Position numbers and translations under genes: made by a program. Below are positions 1 through 10,334 of a DNA stretch of 64,000 nt, in pieces (within the stretch, counting starts at the first letter, position 1; every line of letters starts with the position of its first letter). The notes beneath the pieces are model-generated. The model was not told the DNA's origin, made no database searches, and was given only the letters and a program-made list of their open reading frames with translations. The stretch covers positions 744,001-808,000 of the forward strand of contig NC_043000.1 of the NCBI RefSeq assembly GCF_006345805.1, in the 5' to 3' direction. The stretch is from Octopus sinensis. Lineage: Eukaryota.

Positions 1-85
1 CAAACGGTACACACGAGGTCACATATATTTATGTATGCATATATGTGTGTTATATATATTTATGTATGTGTGTTATGTATTTATG

Positions 86-150
<65 letters not shown>

Positions 151-156
<6 letters not shown>

Positions 157-1082
157 TATGTGTGTGTACATATAAGTATATACATATATTCATTTATACG
201 TTTCAGTGCTAAGGCTGTGGCCATACTGAGGGTACGTACACACACACACACATACACACATATATATATAACAATCTCGAAGGGATTACCACAGAGCAAT
301 GTACCCGACGCTCTAACGCATCTGCCGATTGTGCTTTTCATACCATTGAATAGTGATATGAACCAACTCTGCATACATCTCCTGTTGAAATGCTCAATCC
401 AGTGTTGAACCCGAAACCAAAATTTGTGAAGCACAATGAAATGAAGTATGTTTATACAACAGTGGGTGCCATGTTTAAATTCTGCGATTCTGGTGTCCAT
501 GTGACAATAAGATTTAAATTGCATTCGACTCGGTCCAGCAACTGATAACCAATCAAATCACATAACATCCTTTGCAAGTCTTGTTTACTCAAACTGATTT
601 TTTCCCACAAACAGCAACTACAATGTTGTATCGTCCCCGTTAATGATAAATATTTGGTCATTTGTCGGGCGTTTACAACCTACCACTCACACCACACATA
701 CATACTACATAGATGAGGGCAGACGTTGATGCATACACACACACACACGCAAACACATACACATACACACGAACGGAACCCCCATGCATCCACACACACA
801 CGAACTGAACCCCCCCCCCACGCTTCCACACACACACGCAAGCACACACATATACATAATTTTATTCACATTTTTATAGTCTTTAGGTGTGTATGTATAT
901 ATGTATGTATGTATGTATATGCGTATATGTATGTATGTATGCATGCATGTATGTATGTATATATGTGTGTGTGCGTGTGTGCGTGTGTGTGTGTGTATGT
1001 ACGTACCCTCAGAATGGCCACAACCTTGGCACTGAAACGTATAAAAGAGTATATTTATATACTTATATGTACACACACATAC

Positions 1083-1087
<5 letters not shown>
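151..1087. repeat. Inverted-repeat element, arms of ~105 bp (151-~255 and ~985-1087), embedded in (TA)n
   Basis: tatacgtttcagtgctaaggctgtggccatactgagggtacgtaca in the left arm is the near-exact reverse complement of tgtacgtaccctcagaatggccacaaccttggcactgaaacgtata in the right arm. Confidence 0.85.
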
Positions 1088-1124
<37 letters not shown>

Positions 1125-1128
<4 letters not shown>

Positions 1129-1370
1129 ATTTTTAATTTAGAATAAAGTCAGGTGTATGTGTGAGTTAAGGTATGCTTGCATGGATATGTGTACATGTGC
1201 ACAAGTATATGTGTGTGAGTGTGTATGTGCGTATATATGTATGATGTGTGCATAAATGTGTCTTCGTGTATGCATATATATATGTGTGTGCGCGTGTGTT
1301 GTGTGTTGTATGTATATGTATATATATATGTATATGTATATATATGTATGTATATGTATATGTATATATA

Positions 1371-1453
<83 letters not shown>

Positions 1454-1694
1454 ATAATATATATATATATACATATACATATACATATACATATATATAT
1501 ACATATACATACAACACACAACACACGCGCACACACATATATATACGCATACACGAAGACACATTTATGCACACATCATACATATATACGCACATACACA
1601 CTCACACACGTATACTTGTGCACATGTACACATATCCATGCAAGCATACCTTAACTCACACATACACCTGACTTTATTTTAAATTAAAAATCAA
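1125..1694. repeat. Near-perfect ~570-bp palindrome (foldback) centred on a (TA)n tract
   Basis: ttgatttttaatttagaataaagtcaggtgtatgtgtgagttaaggtatgcttgcatgg... is mirrored by ...ccatgcaagcataccttaactcacacatacacctgactttattttaaattaaaaatcaa with only a few mismatches. Confidence 0.92.
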
Positions 1695-2534
1695 TGAGAT
1701 TTTCCACTTTCTTCTCGTCCATTCTCACACACCAAATAAAGAAATATTCACTGCAGACACCGATGAAGATAAACAAAACAATAAAAACATAAATAAAAAA
1801 AAAACAAAAACTATTGTCTGTCTGTCTGTCACTCTTAGAATCCTCCTGGCACTTATCTAATTTTAGTAATTGTCTTTTTGTCATTTTTGCTGTGTTCGTT
1901 TCTGTGGAGGTGGTGCAGGGGCAAGCGCTGGTGGTAGCGGTATTGTTGTTTGTTAGGGTTACAATAGGGACTGGATCTAAGCTACCACAATGCTAACGTT
2001 GCTAATTTTAAATCATTGATTTTCAAATCTTCCCCTTTCCATTTTAGATATTCAATTATTTATTTTTCTCTCAATAGGGACACTAAAGAAAAGTAAGTAG
2101 ATTTTATACATCGCCTTCCCTAACTTTTAGTCTATTTCGTTGGAGAAGCGATCCCTATTCTTCGTATTACCCCTTCCTCTCTTTATCTCTATGGCCCTCT
2201 ATATTGTATGCTTCCCTGTTTGTATGTCTGTGTAGTTTTCTGCTCAATTTTCTTTTTCTTTATTGTTCCCTCGCTCTGTGACCTGTCAGTCGTATCATCA
2301 TTCTAAAATATTTCCTGGTTCACTCACTGTTAAACAACGACAGAGGACAGGTAATTAATTCACACCTGGTCAATGAGATTAACTAAAGATCTTAAAAAAA
2401 AATATATATATATATAGATATATATATATATTCTCTATCATAGCGGGTGGCGTACCACAGAAAAATTGAACTAAAACAAAACAACCCAAAGGTACAGTAA
2501 TAACCTTAATTATATATATATATTTTTTTTAATC

Positions 2535-2895
2535 TTTTTCTTGCTTCAAATATTGGACTGCAGCCATGCTACAGCATCGCTTTCAAGGGTTTAATCACAC
2601 AACTCGATTCAGGTATAAGTTTTTTTTTTATCAGTCCTTTTTGCCAAACCGCAAGATGAAGGGATGTAAACAAACCATGGTTGGGGAGAGTAAACACAAA
2701 GGCACACTAGTACACACACACACACACACGCACACACACTTATTTATACGATGAGCCTCCACTCATTTTTTTTAAAACTAATTTCACTTACAAGGCGCTG
2801 GTTGGTTCGGAGAAAATTGATCAAGATCCATGCTGTGGGACTGAACCCGAAATCATTTGGTTGTAAAGCGAGCTCGTTAACCACACACACATGCC
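2535..2895 (-). mobile_element. SINE family C (degenerate copy)
   Basis: Reverse complement of the family-C head and tail seen intact at 58817-59155 (gactgcagccatgct..., gtgggactgaacccg). Confidence 0.65.
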
Positions 2896-3384
2896 TGCAA
2901 CAAGTAACACACTTATATAGATGTGTGTGTGTGTGTGTGCATGTGTGTGTGTGTATGTGTGTGGTGTGTGTGTGCGGTGTTTTTGTGCGTGTGTGTGTGC
3001 AGTGAGTGAAATTCATAATGCAGTTTCGACTTCTACTTCAAGTTGTACATATATAGGTGCAGACATGGATGTGTGGTTAAAAAGTTTCTTTTCACAGTTT
3101 GATTCTGAGAGCGTTTTCACTCCACAGTACTTGAAAAAGCGCCTTTAAAAACAGCCGGTGCTTTACCAAAGACGTCATATGATTTGGCTGCAATTTCAAA
3201 GCAGAGCAAGGTCCTTGAATGCAGAAGTGACAGAAAAGGAAGTTTCCTAGACTAAGAGCATTCATAATAGACGGCACTTTGCCAACGAAATCACATGATT
3301 TCAAGGAGATCTGGCTGAAATTGCTAAGCAGGTCATGTTCCCTTCATTCGGTGAAGCTACAGAAACGAAGGCTTGTTGATCTAG

Positions 3385-3604
3385 CCCTTTCCTTACCAAC
3401 CCGGCTGAAACCGGCTCTGGCTCTAAGTACAAATGTCTTGTTTTCATAAATTTTGAATTAAAATCTTCCACCAAACCTTAGTCACAATTTATGTTCCTAA
3501 CACTAGCTGAATGATAACTAAGTTATTTTACTAAATTCCTTGTTATGTTTAAAGTAATTGAAACAAATACAGAGCATTTCAAAATAAATACAGTAAATAA
3601 AGGG
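3385..3604. mobile_element. piggyBac-like MITE (CCCTTT...AAAGGG termini) flanked by CTAG
   Basis: ctag|CCCTTTCCTTAC at 3385 and GTAAATAAAGGG|ctag at 3604. The terminal inverted repeat matches at 10/12 and the interior is non-coding and AT-rich. Confidence 0.55.
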
Positions 3605-4230
3605 CTAGGAGAAATATAGCATTTACTTGCGCTCCTTAAAAACTCCCAATTCAAATTAGAGGATCAAACTTTGCCATCGTCTCTCCCGGAGTTGATAAAA
3701 TATTTACTAGTAACGTGATCATCTCTTTATTGACTATAACCTGACTAACCCATTCTCTCGAGACTGATGCTCGGGTACCTCGTTTAAAAACTAGTATTTT
3801 GCTAATGTCGCTTAAACGCTATTACTCTGTTTTACGATGCATTCTTTCTGTTAACAATATTGTAATACTTTTACTCTATTAATGGTAGTTGAGTGTCAGA
3901 AACTGGAAAATACTAAGCCAAATGTATTGATGTGTTTTATGACAGCCTTTAATTTATAAATCCAAATTCTCGTCGGCGTCAATAAAACTAGTAGCAGTTA
4001 ATTATACTGGTGCTTTAATCAATGGATTTCTAATCGATAAGATCTATGAGCCAAAATGTTCCAACCGTGATCATAGGGATTTTTTTTCAAGGAAATGAGT
4101 CCATAACTACATTATTCGTTTCATAATTTGTAGGGTGATTTCATGTGCATTTCGCATACATACATACATACATACATGCATATATATATATATATATATA
4201 TATATAAATGTATGTATGTATGCATATATA

Positions 4231-5104
4231 TATATGGTGGGGGGGGGGAGTAAACAGGCATTAAAAATTGGCAAAACAAATCCATATTCCTTTTACAAAT
4301 TTATTGAAACAAATGATACATGTTCTTTATTACATGAAAAAATGAAAGTAAATCTTCATATTTCAATGTAAGCACCCGTGGCCTCAACCAGTTTCCTCAA
4401 ACGGTCAGGGATGGAATGAACAATCTTCTGAAGGACGTAGTCTGGGATATCATTGAGAACTTCCTAAATCCAAGTCATCCAGTGTGCGAGGTTTACCTTG
4501 TAACCTCTTTTGTGTAACCCTACAGATAAAAATCCTATGGAATGAGATCTGGACTTCTTGGAAGCCATTCCATATTCCATTCCATTCTCCGCTCACAGTT
4601 TTCAGGTTTTAGCTCCTGCACGTAATGGGGTTTCCACGGATGAAAATACAATTCTTTATGCAACACTCTATGTGTTGTGTGTCTTGTTAGTCCACTTTCA
4701 CGAGCTGCGATTAAACATTTCCTGCACTGTTGCCACATTCTCCGCTGATCGGGATGGAGTTGGACGGCAACTTCTTGTATCGTTCACACTTCCCGTGGTC
4801 ATCAGCCTTGCATGACAATTTTTTATTGTCTTTGGACGTAGTGTTGCATGCTTACCTTTCCATGCACGCCACCATCTCTGAACCAAAGCAATAGAATCCC
4901 ACTCTTCATAGCGTGCTGCTATCTTAGCTCGCTCCTGAACTGTCATGCAATCAGCTATCTGGAAAATAAGAAATAAGACAATGAAAAAATTTAAAAAAAT
5001 CCCCATTAATGTCGTCTGTTTAAAAAATGTTTGTCATGATTTCAGTGATACTAAAACTTCTATAAACAATTTCTAATACCTAGTTACTTTCCACCCACCC
5101 TGTA
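4231..5104 (-). mobile_element. Internally deleted Tc1/mariner DNA transposon (DUF4817-type HTH N-terminus plus WPxRSPDL motif)
   Basis: MTVQERAKIAARY...TIKNCHARLMTTGSVND, then LHKELYFHPWKPHYVQEL, then WLPRSPDLIP. The right TIR reads TACAGGGTGGGTGGAAAGTAACTA on the minus strand (5081-5104), with a degenerate counterpart at ~4231-4256. Confidence 0.8.
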
Positions 5105-5250
5105 CACACACACACACACTCATATATATATGACCCCGATACATATTAAAGTCTGGTACTTGTTCTACCAGTCACTTTTGCAAAACCGCTAATGTTACAG
5201 GGGCGAAAACAAATCAACACCGATTGTTAAGCGATGGTAGTATACACACA

Positions 5251-5287
<37 letters not shown>

Positions 5288-5570
5288 ACGATGGGTTTCC
5301 ACTTTTTCCGCTTACAAAATTAATTCACAGAGAATTGATCAGCCCAACACTATAATAGAATACACTTGCCCAATATACTGCATAGCGGGATAGAACTCGA
5401 AACCATGCGGTTGCAAAGTAATCGTATTACGTGCAAGCATGGTTGTGTGGTCACAAACTTGTTAACGAATGCTCTGACCTTCACCATAAATTAGAAAACG
5501 ATTGAAGTTATTGAAGAAATAGCTAACGTTAGAGGAAAGACATCGATGAACAAGGGAAACAAATATTAAA

Positions 5571-6145
5571 GGCGGCGAGCTGGCAGAAACGTTAGCACGC
5601 CGGGCGAAATGCTTAGCGGTATTTCGTCTGCCGCTACGTTCTGAGTTTAAATTCCGCCGAGGTCCACTTTGCCTTTCATCCTTTCGGGGTCGATTAAATA
5701 AGTACCAGTTACACACTGGGGTCGATGTAATCGACTTAATCCGTTTGTCTTTTCTTGTTTGTCCTCTCTGTGTTTAGCCCTTTGTGGATAGTAAAGAAAT
5801 AGGTATTTCGTCTGCCGCTACGTTCTGAGTTCAAATTCCGCCGAAGTCGCCTTTGCCTTTCATCCTTTCGGGATCGATAAATTAAGTACCAGTTATGCAC
5901 TGGGGTCGATGTAATCGACTTAATCCGTTTGTCTCTCCTTGTTTGTCCTCTCTGTGTTTAGCCCCTCGTGGATAGTAAAGAAATAGGTATTTCGTCTGCC
6001 GCTACGTTCTGAGTTCAAATTCCGCCGAAGTCGCCTCTGCCTTTCATCCTTTCGGAGTCAATAAATTAAATACGAATTGTGTACTGGGGTCGATCTAATC
6101 GACTGGCCCTTTCCCCCAAAATTTCGGGCCTTGTGCCTAGAGGAC
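5571..6145 (+). mobile_element. tRNA-derived SINE family A, three tandem units
   Basis: ggcggcgagctggcagaaacgttagc head, B-box-like gagttcaaattcc, and the conserved gcctttcatcctttcggggtcgataaattaagtaccag domain repeated three times at ~185-bp spacing. Confidence 0.88.
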
Positions 6146-7230
6146 AAAAGAACAACCGAAACAAATATTCGTGTTTTGCTTGAATCACATTCTAAAGAAT
6201 TAACTGTTTATGACTTTCTTAATGAGATTATCAGTTTAAATATGAAAACGCAGGTAATCGAATAGTCGAATAATTGAACAACGAATGAAGATAATTACCA
6301 TGAAAGAATTTGATATGATGCATGAAACGAGTTTGAAAACTTTAACCAATTATAGTCACAAGTACAACTGTACGGGAAGAAATTTGCTACTTGACCACAC
6401 GGTTTCGGGATCAGTGTAACTGTGTTGCATCATGGTTTCAATTCCTAGACCGAGTGGTACGTGGTGTTCTTGAGCAAAACAATCTCGTGTTTCCCTGCAA
6501 TCACTTCGACACCTGACGTGTGGTACACCATGCATTTGTTCAGGCATCGTCAAACTTATTGTGGGAATGGGTTAATTTTTCAGTACATACATTTGATCAC
6601 AATAAACAAATCATTTGTGCACTCCCATAAAATGAAAAGAAAAAAAAATGAACACTTATACGTCATCTTCGACGGGTGATTTCATTATATATATATATAC
6701 CTATATTGTAGTAATACACAGCTTGATCAATAGATAGTGAATGCATATAATATAATCTTATAAATATGTAGGAAAAAGCACTTAAAATACATGAGGAAAT
6801 AGACAGATACAAAATATTAATATCAATTTTCTATTAATTTTATGCCCCGCGCTCGTGTGTTTTATACAGGGACGTACAATTATCTCTGAGATGAAGGATT
6901 TGTATAATACAGCACTTGTATCTAAATATTTGCTTTAGATGTTATCGACCGGTCGAGGTTACAATACTTTTGGTGTTCGAATTTCGCAACCTTATTTTTG
7001 ATTTCCATTATGAATTTCTTCTTTATTTTATTTTATTTCCTGCTTTCTTTTAGTGGAATCGAAAACGCATCAGACAAAATGAAAGCAGCGTTTCTTCTGG
7101 TTGTTGAAATTCTCCCGAGGTCGACTTTGCCTTTCGTCCTTTTAAGACCGATAAAATAAGTATCAGTTGTGCCGTGGGGCGTTGTAACTGACTACACACT
7201 TCCCATGAAATTAGTAGCTCTATATGGTGA

Positions 7231-7548
7231 GGGCGCGTGGCTTAGTGGTTAGGGCATTCGGCTCATGATCGTAAGTTTGTGAGTTCGATTCCCGGCGACG
7301 CGTTGTGTCCTTGAGCAAGACACTTTATTTCACGTTGCTCCAGTCCACTCAGCTGGCAAAAATGAGTTGTACTTGTATTTCAAAGGGTCAGCCTTGTCAC
7401 TCTCTGTGTCACGCTGATTATCCCCGAGAACTACGTTAAGGGTACACGTGTCTGTGGAATGCTCAGCCATTTGCACGTTAATTTCACGAGCAAGCTGTTC
7501 CGTTGATCGTATCAGCTGGGACCCTCGTCGTCGTAACCGGCGGAGTCT
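7231..7548 (+). mobile_element. tRNA-derived SINE family B (variant tail)
   Basis: A box tggcttagtgg, B box gagttcgattccc, central gtgtccttgagcaagacactttatttcacgttgctccagt. Confidence 0.85.
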
Positions 7549-7619
7549 TTAAGAGTAGCTCTATGCCAAAATTTGGAACTATGATTATGTTATGTTTTTT
7601 TTTATATATATATAACAAT

Positions 7620-8375
7620 TTGAACTCAGAACGTAAAGACGGACGAAATGTCGATAAGCATTTTGTCCGACTAACTAACGATTCTGCCAGCTCATGCCTT
7701 AACGCTAACACTATAATGGTTTCAAGAGTTGACACAAGGCCAGCAATTATGAAGGAGGGGACAAATCGATTTCATCGACCTCACTGCTCCATTGGTATTT
7801 ATTTTATCGACCCCGAAAGGATGAAAGGCAAAGTCGACCTCGGCAGAATTTGAACTCAGAACGTAAAGCCGGAAGAAATACCTATTTCTTTACTACCCAC
7901 AAGGGGGCTAAACACAGAGAGGACAAACAAGGACAGACAAACGGATTAAGTCGATTATATCGACCCCAGTGCGTAACTGGTATTCATTTAATCGACCCCG
8001 AAAGGATGAAAGGCAAAGTCGATCTCGGCGGAATTTGAACTCAGAACGTAGCGGCAGACGAAATACCGCTAAGCATTTCGCCCGGCGTGCTAACGTTTCT
8101 GCCAGCTCGCCGGAAGAAATACCACAGAGCATTTTGTCCGGTGAGCTAAATATTCGCTGCTTTAATAATGATCCTTCTTACTATAGGCACAAGACTGAAA
8201 TTTTGGAGTAGGGGACTAGACGATTGCAAATCGATGACCCCAATGTTTGATTGACCATTATTTTATCGACCTCGAAAGGATGAAAGGCAAAGTCGAACTC
8301 GGCGGAATTTGAACTCAGAACGTGAAGACGGACGAAATGCTTGTGTGCTAACGATTCTGCCAGTACACCGCCTTG
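7620..8375 (-). mobile_element. Cluster of SINE family A units
   Basis: Several copies of cgaccccgaaaggatgaaaggcaaagtcgacctcggcggaatttgaactcagaacg, the reverse complement of family A. Confidence 0.85.
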
Positions 8376-9578
8376 ACACTAACACTATAATACAATGTAT
8401 ACATATTTCTGTTCATCGAACAACTGAAACGCTGTTTGCAAAAGCTGACAGAAGATCCATCATACATCATGCATGCGTACTGTATGCATTGCTGGTTTTA
8501 TTATGTATGATGCTTGTCCTGCTTATATAGTTAAATGCTTTATATTTATGTGTCTCTGGAGGCTATTGTATATTTTTGTTATGATGGACATGCGATGGGA
8601 ATGTTTTAGCAACGGGAAATGAATTCGGACACAAACATAAAAACAACAATAGAAAACAAACATGAGGCAATTTCACTGCGCCAACATTAATACGAGATAC
8701 TCTGGCTTCTATCAATACAAAATTAGTGGAGCATATGATTTTGATCTGTATGTGTATTCGTCTGTGCAAGCACAAGCGCACTTCTCTCTCCTTTGCTTGC
8801 TCAACTTTCACTCACTCACTCACTCTTCAATGTCTCTCTGCCCTTTCTTTCTCTCGGCCTCTCTTTTCCCTCATTTCCTCTCTGTATTATTTCTAGTGAC
8901 CATAGATGTCACTCGCAAGCAAGCATGGTTTGATACTATTCATCACGCTTTCGCTATAAAGCGGCGAGCAGATAATATCTTGTTTCTTCATAGAACACAC
9001 TATTTGCTTTCCCATCATTGACCCAGCGGTACATCGAGGTTCTGACAGAAAGAGAAAGGGGACAGTACTCATTTACTCATTTCTGGTTGGGTTGCCTGAG
9101 TTCAAATTCCGGTGTGGTCGATTTTGCCTTTTATCGAGAAAGGATAAAATAAATACCAGTCGGTCACAGAGTCGATGCAATTAACTTCCGCCCCACCCAC
9201 CCTCCCCAACATTGGCGGCCTTGTACCAAAATTTGAAACCATTAATGACATCAGGGATTGAAACCGTAATGCAGAAACATCGTATCAAGCGTTTGCTTTC
9301 TGTATTTCCTTGACGAATACAGAAAGGAAAGAAAAACATTGATTTCTTATATTAGTACAAGGTCACTTAATGTAAAGCAAATATATATAGTTGATGGAAC
9401 CAACGGCAACATATTATGGAAGGGCTCAGCAGTAAAGCACTTAATCATCGATCTATTGGTTCAGAATTACTCTAAGACTAAACAACAGAAACAATAACTA
9501 GATGTACTGTATAGAAAATGGGTGTTAACATATTAAATGGAGAAGGCTGAGACATGATAATCAAGTAAAAGTACGCAT

Positions 9579-9617
<39 letters not shown>

Positions 9618-9749
9618 ACACACACATGCATACGTACACATATACACGCGTACACACACACACTTATGTTTATGTTTTCTTTGAATTGGTAAACTTCCAA
9701 ACAAAAGTTGTTTTACACCTATCCATAAAAGTAGGATCAGTGAAGATGC

Positions 9750-10334
9750 TAAAAACTACATTTCAATTTCTCTGACTTTTGGTGTGTCGGTGCCGATGGT
9801 ACTGATTCGCTGTTTTTTGCGTTGTCCGCCATACTTTGAGGATTATGAGGAGGAGGAGGAAAAAGACTGTTATAACTGAAGTTTGTGGTCTGAAGATTGA
9901 ATCGAATCCAAGAGCGTGTTTAGCGTATATAGCTCCTGCTGATAAGATTCCGAGCGGGCCTTGTTTCGAAGCGTCACGAATGAATTGTTGATCTGCTTCC
10001 CAATTTTCTTTATAAGGATCGGTGTAGTGTAAGTCGTAGACATAGGCAATGAGATCAAGTTCGTTAATTGGTTCTTCTTGTAGTTTGCTGAATATGTGTG
10101 TTCCCGGTCCGAGAAATTTATATCCTGGTGGATGTAACTTCGACGCAGCTGTCTTCGAAATTTTTTTTTTTTGTTTGAAAAAGTCAGAATGACGCTGTCG
10201 CTGGTACCACCCAAATATATATACTAGGCACCGCTTACTACCAGAACCAGGGCTTTTTCCAAGGTTTGTTATCAGACTTATCATACTCCCTCCAGAGGAA
10301 TTCAATTTTGAGGATTATGAGGAGGAGGAAAAAG
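9750..10334 (-). pseudogene. Endogenous densovirus/parvovirus-like element: VP1-unique phospholipase A2 (Parvo_coat_N-type) fragment
   Basis: The minus-strand translation LHPPGYKFLGPGT...PINELDLIAYVYDLHY...EADQQF...GILSAGAIYAKHALG matches the parvoviral PLA2 pattern: PGYxxLGPG Ca-binding loop, P-x-N-x-x-D, HDxxY and AD-x-x-F. The catalytic HD appears as YD. Confidence 0.8.

Noticed and set aside
2281-2353. Possible pre-miRNA hairpin (acctgtc..gtcgt / acgac..gacaggt)
   Set aside because: Only the outer ~12 bp pair and the ~45-nt interior is unpaired.
5571-6145. Regularly spaced repeats resembling a CRISPR array
   Set aside because: The units are ~185-bp SINE duplications with identical intervening sequence, in a eukaryotic context with no cas genes.
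9763-10305. The 180-aa ORF as an intact functional gene
   Set aside because: It starts at a non-ATG codon, its N- and C-terminal parts are unrelated read-through, and the PLA2 catalytic His is replaced. It is treated as a viral pseudogene fragment.
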